Assembly: GCA_963788965.1 (NCBI GenBank)
Contig: CAWBIK010000007.1
Span: 4,147-68,146 of the forward strand
Source: an uncultured Acidobacteriota bacterium
GTDB lineage: Bacteria > Acidobacteriota > Blastocatellia > Pyrinomonadales > Pyrinomonadaceae
Reading direction: 5' to 3'
DNA: 64,000 bases
The notes below the pieces were generated by a model. That model saw nothing but the letters and a program-made list of their open reading frames with translations, had not been told where the DNA came from and searched no databases. A program made the position numbers and the translations under genes. How positions within the stretch are numbered: the stretch's first letter is position 1; each line of letters begins with the position of its first letter. Below are positions 49,388 through 62,699 of this stretch, one piece after another.

Positions 49388-51171
49388 ATGCTTGCGCCGG
49401 AGACAATCTTGCAGGAGCGTTATCGCGTCGTGCGCCAGTTGGGGCAAGGCGGGATGGGGGCGGTGTATGAGGCGATGGACGAGCGCCTGCATCGCACGGT
49501 GGCGTTGAAGGAGACGCTGGTTGAGCATGAGGAGTTGCGGCGCGCGTTCGCGCGTGAGGCGCGGCTGCTGGCGAACTTGAATCATCCGGCGCTGCCGAAG
49601 GTGATCGATCATTTCAGCGAGGGCACAGGCCAGTATCTCGTGATGGAGTTCATCGCGGGCGCTGATCTGGCGCAGCAACTCACGGAGCAGGGGCGGCCGT
49701 TTCCGGTCGAGCCGGTGCTGGCTTGGGCGGACGAGTTGTTGGACGCGCTCGAATATTTGCACGCGCTCGAACCGCCCGTCATCCACCGCGACATTAAACC
49801 GGCGAACCTGAAGCTCACGCCCAAAGGGCATGTGGTCCTGCTCGACTTCGGGTTGGCGAAGGGCACGGCCGGGCAGATGACGCGCGCGCACGCGAGCCAG
49901 AGCGTGCTCGGCTACACGCCCAACTACGCCGCGCTGGAACAGATACAAGGCGAGCGCACCAGCCCGCGCTCAGACCTCTACTCGCTCGCGGCCACGCTCT
50001 ACCACCTGCTGACAGGCCACGCGCCCATCGACGCATTGAAGCGCGCTACTGAAGCATTACACGACGAGATCGATCCGTTGCGCCCCGCGCATGAAGTCAA
50101 CCCGGAAGTGTCGGTCGCGTTGAGCAACGTGCTGCTGCGCGCGCTGGCGCTCCGGCCCACGCTCCGCCCCGCGAATGCCGCCGACCTGCGCGCCGCACTC
50201 GCACAGGCCCGCACGGGCGCACCCGTCACGCAAGCCGACGACGAGGCGACGCGCGTGCATCTGCCCGCGACGATCATAGGCGCACAGACAACGCAGGACC
50301 TGGAACGCGACACGATGCTCATGCCGCCGCGCGTTGACAGCCGACCCGCGCAGCCGACAACAACGCCGACGCACGCGGGCGCGACCGTCGCAGCCCGCGC
50401 ACCGCACACACGCACGGCGGCCGGCGCTGGTCGCTAATCGCCGCGCCCTTCCTCGTCCTCATGCTGCTTGCCATCGGCTTCTTCGCTTATCAAGCCTATC
50501 GCGCCGGGTTGAACACACAGCAGACCGCGCCCGCCACGGCGTCGCCTCAACCACAGACCAGTCAACCGTCGTCCGCGCAGACCGCGCCGACGACGCAGCC
50601 GGTCGCACAGACAGCGCAAACGCCCCCAAGCGCGAGCGCGCCCACGCCTGCCGCGACCCGCACGCCCGCGCCGGCCGCTACGCCCGACGACAAGCCACGC
50701 ACCGATCAGCAGCGCGCTGAACAGCAGCAACGCGCCGAACAGCAACGCGCACCGCAACAGCAACGCGCGGCCGAAGCGTTGGTGGATGCGCCCGACGCGC
50801 CGCAGGTTAATCTGCCACCCGGCGCAGCCATCTTGCGGTTGCCGTCGGCCCGTGTGCAAGCGGAACTGCAAAGCGCCCGCGCCGAGTTAAACCGGGCCCG
50901 CATCGGGCGCGAGGCCGCGCGGCGCGACTTCCAACGCGCGCGCCAACAGTTCAAGGCCGGCGAGATCGATCAAGCTCAATATCAGGCCGCCGAAGGGCGC
51001 GTGACCGCAGCCAACCAGACGCTCGACGCGGCCGCCATGCGCTACGAGGCGCTCAGGGCCGCGGCGCAGGCGCTCGCGCCCAACGGCGTACAAGTGCCCG
51101 CGCCCGGCATGGACACGCCGGCCCTACCGCGCCGGCCGCGCCGCATCGTCGTCCGACCGCGCACGCCTTGA
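49388..51171 (+). CDS. Membrane-anchored Ser/Thr protein kinase with Pro/Gln-rich and coiled-coil extracytoplasmic tail; one frameshift as sequenced
   Basis: LGQGGMGAVYEA...VALKE...HRDIKPANL...DFGLAK are Hanks kinase motifs in ORF 49388..50437. The TM helix RRWSLIAAPFLVLMLLAIGFFAY and the tail are in the frame of ORF 50461..51171, which is open upstream to about 50340. Confidence 0.8.
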
Positions 51172-51241
51172 ACGCGCGCGCCCGCAGCCGGCTCAAGCGA
51201 TCTTTTTGTGCAACCTTCGTTCGTCCTGCGTGTAAACAGTT

Positions 51242-52959
51242 ATGTTGCGATCAACTCATGTGTGCCGCCGCGCGCTCATAGACTTGCTACTCGTCGCCGC
51301 CTGCACGCTCGCGCTGGCGCACACCGCGCCGGCCCAAACGCCTGCGCCCGACAACGCGACCACGGCGGGCACGATTGCCGGCCGCGTCACGTCGGACGGG
51401 CACGGATTGGCCGGCGCACTCGTCGCGTTGCTGCCGACCGAGTTCACGCGCGAAGCGCGACCCGCAGCTAAGACTAAGACCGACGCGGACGGTCGTTATC
51501 GTCTGACCAACGTGCCGCCCGGCAGTTATTCTTTGAGCGTGACCGCGCCCGCTTACATCAGCGCGGACACGACCCCCAACACGGCGCGGCAGGGGCGCTT
51601 GCTCAACGTCGCGGCGGGCGACCGGCTCGAAGGCTTGGACTTCACGCTCACGCGCGGCGGCGTCATCACGGGCCGCATCGCCGACGCCGAAGGCAAGCCC
51701 ATCGTCGAAGCGTCGGTACGCCTCATGCCCGTGGACGAAGCTGACACACGCAACTCGCAGTTCAACGCGCGGCTTTCGCCTTACACGTTTCAGACCGACG
51801 ACCGTGGCATCTATCGCCTCTTCGGTCTGCCCGCCGGGCGCTACTACGTCTATGTCGGCGAGTCGCCGGGCGACAACTTGGTGCGTATGAACGGCGGCAG
51901 CACTTACTACCCGCGCACGTTCTACGGCGACACAAGCGAGATGACCGAAGCCAAGCCCGTCGAAATTTTGAGCGGCGCGGAAGCAAGCGGCGTTGACATC
52001 ACAGTCAGTAAACCCGAACGCACATACGATGTGACCGGGCGCATCGTGGACGAAGCGGGCCGCCCGTCTCCGGCGCGAGCCTCGTCTGTAGTCCGCTGAA
52101 CGCGCAGGGACGTTATCTGGGCGGCTACGTCGGCACGCCTGATCGCACGAACGAGCGCGGCGAATTTAAGTTGAAGAATCTGCGCCCCGGCCGCTACGCC
52201 GCTTACGCGGCCGAGGGGGCAGCGTTCACCGGGGAACAGGGCGCGTTTTATAGCGACACTGTCAACTTCGAGATCGCCGCGCAAGATGTCGGCGGGCTTG
52301 AGATCAAACTCATGCGCGGCGCAACCTTGAGCGGCACAGTGGTCATTGAAGGCCCGGCCACGCAGACCGCGCGGGTGCGACTCGCAGACCTGCGTGTGGC
52401 GGCAAACACGATCCGCACGACGGCCGAACTTGTGCCGCCACTCGCGCAGCAAGCACGCGTCAACGCGGACGGCAGCTTTCTGCTCACAGGCTTGCGGCCG
52501 GGTCAACTCGGTCTGTTCCTCGGCTATCCCGTCCCGAAAGGTCTGACGCTCATGCGCGTGGAGCGCGGCGGCGTCGTGCAACCGCGCGGGCTGCCGATTG
52601 CAGCCGGTGAACAAGTGACGGGCGTGCGCGTGCTCGTCGCTTACGGCGCGGGTGTGATTCGTGGGCAAGTGCAGTTCCCGAACGGCGCACCGCCCGCAGG
52701 TCAACGCGTCATGGTCCTCGCGCGGCGCACGGGCGACACCGCCGGCCCGTCCGGCATGTCTGCACAGGTGGATGAACTCGGCCGCTTCATCATGGACAAC
52801 TTGCCGGCGGGCGAATACGAGTTGACGATGTTCAATACCTTTACAGGCCCGCCCAAGCCGGGACAGCGGCGCACGCCCGCCGACCGCAGGCTCGTCAACG
52901 TGCCCGATAGCGGCGAAGTACAGGTCATGCTCGTCTTCAACCAAACCCAGCCGCAGTAG
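51242..52959 (+). CDS. Secreted CarboxypepD_reg-like domain protein; one frameshift as sequenced
   Basis: Signal peptide, then repeated GxIxGRVxDxxGxP modules (GTIAGRVTSDGHGLAGALV, GVITGRIADAEGKPIVEASV, TGRIVDEAGRP). The frames of 51242..52099 and 52171..52959 join at about 52060-52100. Confidence 0.7.
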
Positions 52960-52990
52960 CGCACGCGACCGCAGCCGCACAACAACCATC

Positions 52991-54752
52991 ATGCCGCGAT
53001 CTCAGTCACACATAACGCGCTTGCTTCGTTCTGCGCTTAGCACGTGCGCGCTCTTGCTGTGTGCCTTGTGCGCACAAGCACAGACGGGCGGCTCGATCAC
53101 CGGGCGCGTCATAGACGACGCGGGGCAGCCCATCGTTAACGCACAAGTTTTTATCTCGACCCCGCCACGCAGCGCGCGGACGATGAGCGATCCGGAAGGC
53201 AAGTTCAGCTTCGACAATCTGGCGCGCGGCGCTTATGCCGTCAGTGCGAACGCGCCCGGCTATTTCGACCCGACGACGCTTGAGTCCGAGCGCAACGAGC
53301 GCACTTACTACCGGCCCGGCGACAGCGTCACGATCAGACTGAGCAAAGGCGGCGTCATCGCCGGACGCGTGCGCGACGCGGGCGGCGAGCCAATTATCGC
53401 CGTGCGCGTCCAAGCCATCCGCGTGCGCGCGCTCGACAAACAACAGCCCAACAGCTACACGTCGCCGAACGGGCGCGTCTATGAACGCACGACCGATGAT
53501 CGCGGCGTCTATCGCTTCTACGGTCTGCTGCCCGGCGTCTATCTTGTCGCCGCAGGCGGCAACGGCCTCAACAGCTTCGGTCCGCGCCCGTCCCCTTATG
53601 ACGACGACGTGCAGACCTTCTATCCCGCGACCACACGCGACGGCGCAAGCGAACTGGTCCTACACGAAGGCCAAGAACTGCCCGACGTTGACATACGTTA
53701 TCGCGGCGAGCCGGGCCACGCCATCAGCGGCCGGGTCGAGAACGCGGGCAATACACCCGTCGCACTCACAATCATCCCGGCCGGTTTCAACTACGTGGCG
53801 AGCAATCGCTTTCTATCTGACCGCGCGAATAGCAACTTCTTCATCTTCGAGGGTCTGGCCGACGGCGAGTACGATCTCGTCGCCGAGCAATACACAACCG
53901 GCGCGACATCTGCGCGCACAGCGGCCGCGAGTCAACGCGTCAGCGTGCGCGGCGCGGACCTGACCGGCCTCAAGCTCACACTCGCGCCGCTCGCCGCCGT
54001 CACGGGGCGCGTCGTGCTTGAAGCCGCGCCACAGCCCGCGCCGTGGAAAGAGCAATGTCAAAGCAAGCTCGACGCCACGATGGGCGAGACGCTCATCAAC
54101 GCGCGCCGCGAACCTGAGGCGCGCACCACTAACCCGCACACCGGCGGCGTGCGTCTGACTTGGCGCTGCGCCCGACGACAAAGGCGAGTTTGCCTTGCGC
54201 GGTCTAACAAGCGGTCGCTTCCGTTTCAGCGTGCGCCCGCCCGGCCCCGACTGGTACGTGCGCGCCGCCATGCTTGCTCCCACGCCCGCACCCGGCAGCA
54301 GGCGTGCGCCCACCACGCCCACGCGCGCCGCCGACACGAACCCGCTCGTTGATGGACTGACGCTCGCCCCCGGCGCGCAGGTCAACGATCTGACTATCAC
54401 ACTCACACCGGGCGCGGCCGAACTAGGCGGCCACGTCACGACCGCGAGCGCAGGCGCAACGCTGCCCGCGCTGCAAGTCTTCCTCGTCCCCGTCGAGCGC
54501 GAGCGCGCCGACGAAGTACTGCGCTACGCCGTCACACGCGCCCGCATCGACGCCACGTTTGCTTTCACACAACTCGCGCCCGGCCGCTATCACCTACTGG
54601 CCGAGCGCACGCCCGACGGCGAGGCTGTGCCGCCAACCTTCGACGCGCCGATGCGTGCCCGCCTGCGCCGCGCCGCCGAGACGCAAAAGCACCTAGTCGA
54701 GTTGAAGCCCTGTCAACGCGTTGACGACTTCACATTCAACTTCATACCGTGA
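52991..54752 (+). CDS. Secreted CarboxypepD_reg-like domain protein; one frameshift as sequenced
   Basis: Signal peptide, then GSITGRVIDDAGQPIVNAQV and GVIAGRVRDAGGEPIIAVRV modules. The frames join at about 54150-54168 (APDDKGEFALRGLTSGRFRF). Confidence 0.7.
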
Positions 54753-54755
54753 ACG

Positions 54756-54828
54756 CAGAATGATGAATGATGAATGACAAACAAGCTATTTGCTATTCAT
54801 CATTCATCATTCTTCGTTCATCATTTGC
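54756..54828. repeat. Heptamer-tiled palindromic element, ATGAATG/CATTCAT family
   Basis: agaatgatgaatgatgaatgac - aaacaagctatttgct - attcatcattcatcattct (19-nt perfect match between arms). Lies between convergent genes. Confidence 0.85.
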
Positions 54829-54829
54829 T

Positions 54830-56056
54830 TTACGGATGTGGTGCGGGCGGCGCGGCGGTCATCGTCGCGTGATGCACGTCGGGCAGGAAGTAGAAGAGGA
54901 TCGCCAAGATCGCATAGACCGAGAGCAGTTGCACGCCCTCGATCCAGTTGCTTTCGCCGTCGCTGCTGATCTGTTCGACGATGAAGACCGAGGCGACGAC
55001 CGCGACGATCTCAGGGATGGTGAACTCAAGATTCATCGGCGCGCCGAACAGGTATGAGGCGAACACAAGCACCGGCGCGACGAACAGCGCGATCTGCAAG
55101 CTTGAGCCGAGCGCGATCCCCAAGCTCAAGTCCATCTTGTTGCGCAATGCCATCAAGATCGCCGACGAGTGTTCGGCCGCGTTGCCGATGATGGCGACCA
55201 CGATGACGCCGACGAAAACTTCCGTCAGCCCCAACGTCTCGCGCGCGCCCTCGACCGCGCCCACCAGAAACTCCGAGATGAGCGCCACGAACGCCGTCGC
55301 AATGGACAGGACGAGCGCCGACTTGCCCTTCGACCAGTGCGCCCCTTCTTCTTGGGCCGCCAGCGCCAACTCATGCCCCACTTCGCACGCCGCGCCCTGT
55401 TCCATCTTGCCGACGAACAACTCCTTGTGCGTTACCAGCGAGAAGACGAGCGTGGCGATGTAAGTGAGAAAGAGCACGACGGCGATGGCGAGCGATAGGC
55501 TTTGTTCCTTCGCGGGCGTCCAGCCGCCGGCGGCGACCGAGACGCGCGCCGCTGCTTGATGAAAGATCGTCGGGATGATGAGCGCGATGGCCGCGAGCGT
55601 CAACGCCGTCGCCGTGATCCCCGCCGCCATGCGGTTAAACTCCTGCTGTCGAAACTTCAAGCCGCCGGCCAAGAGCGACGCGCCCAGTACGAGCAGCACG
55701 TTGCCGATGATCGAGCCGGTGATCGAAGCTTTGACGACGCCCTCCAACCCTTTCGATAACGCGAACAGAGCGATGATCAACTCGGCGGCGTTGCCGAACG
55801 TGGCGTTCAACAATCCGCCGACGCCCTGCCCCATATGTTCGGCCAGATGTTCCGTTGCGCGTCCCATCCAACCCGCCAGCGGGATGATCGCCAGCCCCGA
55901 CACGATGAACAGCGCCGTCTGATTCTCAAGACTCGGCACGAAGCGCAACACAATGGCGATGGGCACGAAGACAAGCAGCCAGTTCAAGCTCGGCTTGAGC
56001 CACGAGCGGCGCGCGGGCCGCGGTGCAGGCGCAGCGTCAGTTGCAGATGTCGGCAT
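54830..56056 (-). CDS. Ca2+/H+ antiporter (CaCA/CAX family, ChaA-like)
   Basis: 408-aa polytopic ORF with two alpha-repeats ([12 protein letters not shown] and [13 protein letters not shown]). Confidence 0.9.
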   Translation of the reverse strand: MPTSATDAAPAPRPARRSWLKPSLNWLLVFVPIAIVLRFVPSLENQTALFIVSGLAIIPLAGWMGRATEHLAEHMGQGVGGLLNATFGNAAELIIALFALSKGLEGVVKASITGSIIGNVLLVLGASLLAGGLKFRQQEFNRMAAGITATALTLAAIALIIPTIFHQAAARVSVAAGGWTPAKEQSLSLAIAVVLFLTYIATLVFSLVTHKELFVGKMEQGAACEVGHELALAAQEEGAHWSKGKSALVLSIATAFVALISEFLVGAVEGARETLGLTEVFVGVIVVAIIGNAAEHSSAILMALRNKMDLSLGIALGSSLQIALFVAPVLVFASYLFGAPMNLEFTIPEIVAVVASVFIVEQISSDGESNWIEGVQLLSVYAILAILFYFLPDVHHATMTAAPPAPHP

Positions 56057-56080
56057 AGCATCTATTTACCATGAAAAGGG

Positions 56081-56161
56081 CGCGAATCGTGAATCTTAAA
56101 TCGTAAATCGATAAGAACTGGTCTTGATCTATTCACGATTTAAGATTCACGGTTCACGATC
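56081..56161. repeat. Heptamer-tiled palindromic element, CGTGAAT/ATTCACG family
   Basis: cgcgaat cgtgaat cttaaat cgtaaat cg - ataagaactggtcttgatct - attcacg atttaag attcacg gttcacg atc. Confidence 0.85.
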
Positions 56162-56212
56162 TTTTCGTCCGCGCTTTCCGCCCCGCGCGACGTGTGCTTA
56201 AATGTTCCGTGG

Positions 56213-56806
56213 ATGCAACAGACCATGCGACATGAACACACGCTCGATGCAACGCGCGCCGCGCTCGTCGTCATCGACATGCAGGAAAGCTTTCGTCACC
56301 ACATCGCGGACTTCGCCGAGACGGCGGCGCGCATTGCGCTCGTCACCCACGCGGCGCAGTTATTGCACGTGCCCGTCGTCGTCACCGAGCAGTACCCGAA
56401 AGGCTTAGGGCCAACGGCCGCAGAGATACGCGCCGTGTTGCCCGCAAGCGTCGTGCCGATTGAGAAGACCGCCTTCAGTTCGTGCGGCGCGCAAGAGTTC
56501 TGCGCGCGGCTCGACGAGGCCGGCGCGCGGCAAGTGCTGGTGTGCGGCATCGAAGCGCACATCTGCGTCAACCAGACCACACACGATCTCCTCGCGCGCG
56601 GCTTCCAAGTGCATCTCTTAACCGACTGCATCACCTCCCGCACCGCGCACAACAGACAAACCGGCCTCGAAAAGATGCAGGCGAGCGGCGCGCTCCCCTC
56701 GTCAATCGAACTGGCCCTCTTTGAACTCCTGCGCGACGCGCGGCACGAACAGTTCAAGGCCGATACAGAAATTGATCAAGTAGGATCGTGCATCGTTCGA
56801 TCGTGA
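56213..56806 (+). CDS. Isochorismatase-family hydrolase
   Basis: AALVVIDMQESF...VVVTEQYPKGLG...LVCGIEAHICVNQT is a cysteine hydrolase/isochorismatase-like fold. The start (56213 or 56225) is uncertain. Confidence 0.85.
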   Translation: MQQTMRHEHTLDATRAALVVIDMQESFRHHIADFAETAARIALVTHAAQLLHVPVVVTEQYPKGLGPTAAEIRAVLPASVVPIEKTAFSSCGAQEFCARLDEAGARQVLVCGIEAHICVNQTTHDLLARGFQVHLLTDCITSRTAHNRQTGLEKMQASGALPSSIELALFELLRDARHEQFKADTEIDQVGSCIVRS

Positions 56807-56859
56807 ATAGTTAACACTGATTCCAGCTATCCGCGATTGACGATTGACGATTCACGAGC
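56784..56859. repeat. Heptamer-tiled palindromic element, CGTGAAT/ATTCACG-like family (imperfect)
   Basis: gatcgtg catcgtt cgatcgtgaatag - ttaacactgattccagctat - ccgcgat tgacgat tgacgat tcacgag. Confidence 0.6.
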
Positions 56860-56861
56860 TT

Positions 56862-59251
<2,390 letters not shown>

Positions 59252-59465
59252 ACCCACCCGCGCTTCGTTTGACAGCAACTCCGACGCGGGCCATGATGCA
59301 AGTGCCCGCCGCATACCTCGTCTCAATAGCCATGCTTTCTTTAACTGCCGACCGGCTATCGCTTACTGCCCGCTGCTTTTTCCTGTCATAATGTTTTGCG
59401 AACAGACGGAGCGCCGCGTGCGTTTCTGTCGTAGCGTTAACGTCTCGGATGAAGGAACCCCCGCT

Positions 59466-59872
59466 ATGAAGTTACCCGCAAGTTTATGGCGTGCGCTGGC
59501 GCTGATCGTCACGCTGGGTCGCCGCGCCAAGTTTTGCCCAGACGCCCGTGGTCGCGGTCACGCAGAGAAGTCCTGCGCCGCCCGCCGCACCCGCCGCACC
59601 GCTGAAGCAGAGTCCGAGTGCCACGCCTGTCGCCTTCGATACGCTGCTCGCGAGCCACTCCCTATGCGATCTATGGTGAGGTGCGCGGGGTGGGGCGTTA
59701 TGTCAACTCGAAAGAGATTACCGATTCGATCGCGCCGTTGGGGCCGCCCGCGAGTGGTGCGCCGCCGGAGTTGCTCGACCTGTTCAGTTTCCTGCGCGCA
59801 CACGCCGAGGCGTTGACCACGGCGCGCGTCATGGTCGCGGGCATGCCCGTGCGCCCGAAGTTACCGGATCGC
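59466..59872 (+). pseudogene. 5' fragment of a secreted protein gene, frameshifted and cut off at the 59.87-kb breakpoint
   Basis: MKLPASLWRALALIVTLG, then (other frames) APSFAQTPVVAVTQ... and AIYGEVRGVGRYVNSKEITDSIAPLG...VAGMPVRPKLPD. Recognisable sequence ends where the repeat copy at 59872 starts. Confidence 0.4.
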
Positions 59873-60045
59873 GCCGAACGTCACATCCGGATCGCCCGGC
59901 CATGCCCGCACCGGCCCTGCCAGCGCGGCGAGGACGAGAAGGATGTATCTTATAAGAGAGGGGACGCACTCGTCAGGACATCAGCCGGAGACCGCACGGA
60001 GCGATCGCGCCGCATCCTGCCAAAAATCGCGGTCGGACGTCAATG
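59872..60045 (-). repeat. Copy 1 of an approximately 175-bp dispersed repeat (5' end plus upstream region of a delta-60-type gene), lacking the gene body
   Basis: Aligns with 62508..62690: gaacgt[c/g]acatccggatcgcccggccatgcc[c/t]gcaccgg ... ttataag[a/t]gaggggac[g/a]cac ... gccgcatcctgccaaaaatc. Encodes ECVPSLIRYILLVLAALAGPVRAWPGDPDVTFG, but the ATG is absent. Confidence 0.7.
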
Positions 60046-60185
60046 GCGTGGGTGAAGGGGCTGGCTGGCCTACTCCTCACGGTCCTCCCAACGCGGGAGG
60101 CCCGAGCGTCCCCGCGAGGCCTCGCCTCCGTCCAGCCTCCTCACAGGAGGACCGTAGCAGGCGAGGTCGCAGTCCGCGCCCCCCC

Positions 60186-62609
60186 TCACCTTTTGCTCAC
60201 GCGCAGCCTGACAAAAAACCGCGGGGTGTCAGGGATGGGGATGGATAACCTAACTGTAGTCGCGTGCCGTCGCCGCTAAGGATGACCTGAGTGATTTCCT
60301 CCAGACCCCAGCCTTCGTTCGGAGCAATGCTCGATTCCACCGAATAGGTGAGGAATTCGGTCGCGTCGGAGGGGCGGTTGAAGGTGTATTCGAGGTTGTC
60401 GCCGTTTTTCACCAGTTCCGCAGGTGTGAACCGCCGGGCGCGTTGGGATTTGTCAGGAAGGCATACTCCAGCAGATTGGGGACTGCCGTCGCCGTCCGGG
60501 TCGCTGAGGTCGGCGGCGGGGCCTTCATTGAAGATCGTGCCGAAATGGGTCAGGCGCCATGCGTCGGGGCCCTGCGGAAGCGTGCCGCTCAGGTGCATGA
60601 AAAAGGGAGGGTTGAACGTGTCCGTGCTGGCGATGCGCAGCATGGCGGTGCGCTCGCCCGGGCCGGACGCGGCGAACGTGACGGGCAGCGTGGTGGATCC
60701 GCCGGGCGGCAGCAGGTCCGTCTCCGGAGTGCCCGCGGTGAAATCGTTAGGGTTGCCTTCCACTCCGAGCGAAACTCCCTGCAGCATGCAGGTCGATGGT
60801 GCCCGTGTTTTTCAGAGTGAAAGTGCGCGTGACGGGAAACTGCGGGGGTCCTGCATGCCGAGGTACACCGTCGCGCCGGAATCGACGGGCGCCGTCCCGT
60901 CAAGGACCGTCAGCGTGGCCACGGGGTCCAGCGTTTTGGCGCGCAGCGCGAGCACCACGCTGTCCGGCGGAGGACCTCCGGAAGTGATGGAAAGCCACGC
61001 GTTGGAATTGAAGTTAGGCTCCGTCGAAGGAGAGTACCGGACGGTGAGCGGGATCGAAGCGTGGCCATCGATCACCGCCGGCAGCGCGTCGAGCTGAAGT
61101 TCGCGCCGCACTCCTGGCCGGCGAACACCGCGCTGAGCCCGGTGCAGGCGCCGCGCCTTTGTTCCGCAGTGTCAGCGTTCGTCTCCAGCGGCGGCGGTGC
61201 CCCTCACCGCCTCTCCCAGATCCAGCCGGCTCGCGGCCGTGACGGGCGTGCCGTCCGGCAATTCCAGCGCGAGCCCCTGCGCCGGCTCGCCACCCTGAGT
61301 GCGTGTACAGGGAATGCGGGCGATACTGGACGGGAATGGCTCGGTCACGCAGCCGGTCAGGATCTTTCCATCCGGCAGCAAAGCGATGCCCCGGGACCGC
61401 CATACTGGTCGCTGACGGCCATGCCTCCGACGCCAAAGCCGGAATCCAGTGTCCCGTCCGTGAGATAACGGGCGATCATCCCACGGTAGTCCCCCAACCG
61501 TAGCGTTGCGGTCATGCCGGCCACCACCAGTTTGCCATCCGGCTGCAAGGCGAGCGATCTGACAAGGCGCAGGGTCTCACCCGCGCGTCGCGCGGGAAAA
61601 TCTGTCAGGACCCGGCCGTGCCGTTGAAGGAAAGGTCCGGACTTCCGTCGGGGAGGTATCGCTGAAGCAGGATCGAAGCATCAGAATAGCCGGCCGGCCA
61701 GGCTTCGCCCGCCAGCAGAATCTTTCCGTCGCTTTGCACCGCCATCTCTCTGAACTGCTGCTTCAGCCCGGGCAGGGCACTGGAGAACAGTTCGCCACCC
61801 GCACCGAAGGACACATCCAGCAATCCGTCAGGCTCGCAGCGGCGCAGGTGAAACCGGCCCGGCGTCAATGTGCGTCTCCTCGTGCCGCCGAGCAGAATTT
61901 TTCCATCCGCCTGCACCGCCATGCGCTGGGCCATAGGACCGGAGAGTTCCACCCGCCCTCCAGTGCCAAAGCCCGGATCAGGATTTCCGTCCGGGAGAAA
62001 ACCGAAAGAGCACAGGGTTGAGGAACTCCCTGGGCGAAATGAAACGCCGTGCCCGGCCCAGCACGAGAATCCTTCCGTCGTCGAGCAGTTCGAGGTCCAG
62101 GGCGATCGTCGACGCACGGCAATGAATGCCATCACCCTTCCCCCGCTCCCAAATGACGGATCGAGCGTGCCGTCCGGCAGGTGACGCATGATCGCAATGT
62201 CCTGCGGCGACCGACACTGGCGGCACCATGGCCCGCTACGAGGATTTTCCCGTCCGGCTGCACCACCAGTGCCGCGACTCCGACAGGGGCCATTGAAGTA
62301 CACCTTGCGACTTCACCCTGCCGCCATCGCCGAAGTCGCTGTCCCGCTCTCCATTCTCAAGGAAGCGGGTCAGCAGAAACGCCGCGTCGGACTCGCCCGC
62401 GGTCACAATCTTCCCGTCGCCCAGCACCGCAATCCCCACCGGATCCACGGCCAGTCCCCATTCGACCGCAGCATCGCCACCCCCGGAGGCTCGCCGCGGC
62501 TTGCATCACCGAACGTGACATCCGGATCGCCCGGCCATGCCTGCACCGGCACCGACAAAGCCGCGAGGAGGAGGACCAGGTATATTATAAGTGAGGGGAC
62601 ACACTTCAT
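60186..62609 (-). pseudogene. Delta-60 repeat (beta-propeller) / choice-of-anchor-D-like secreted protein, many frame switches
   Basis: Start MKCVPSLIIYLVLLLAALSVPVQAWPGDPDVTFG (ATG 62609). Repeats of LPDGxLDPSFGxGG (LPDGTLDPSFGSGGRV, LPDGNPDPGFGTGGRV, EPDGLLDVSFGAGGEL). C-terminal part TLPVTFAASGPGERTAMLRIAS and DPDGDG. The likely true end is RLRVSKR* at 60186 after one more shift. Confidence 0.7.
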
Positions 62610-62690
62610 GTTAGGACATCGGTCGGCGACCGCCGGAGCGATCATCGCCGCATCCTGCCAAAAATCCCCGCCAGCGTCAACCCTGGCGAT
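62508..62690 (-). repeat. Copy 2 of the approximately 175-bp dispersed repeat (intact 5' end of the delta-60 gene plus upstream region)
   Basis: See copy 1 at 59872..60045. Confidence 0.7.
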
Positions 62691-62699
62691 GTTCCTCCT

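Noticed and set aside
60015-60035. Sigma-54-like TGGCAGGATGC in the conserved leader (minus strand), also present at about 62665.
   Set aside because: The GG-to-GC spacing is about 8 nt instead of the required 12, so it does not fit the -24/-12 geometry.
59618-60055. 145-aa ORF spanning the 59.87-kb breakpoint.
   Set aside because: The upstream half is the frameshifted continuation of the 59466 gene. The downstream half is antisense to the delta-60 leader copy. The continuity across the join is accidental.
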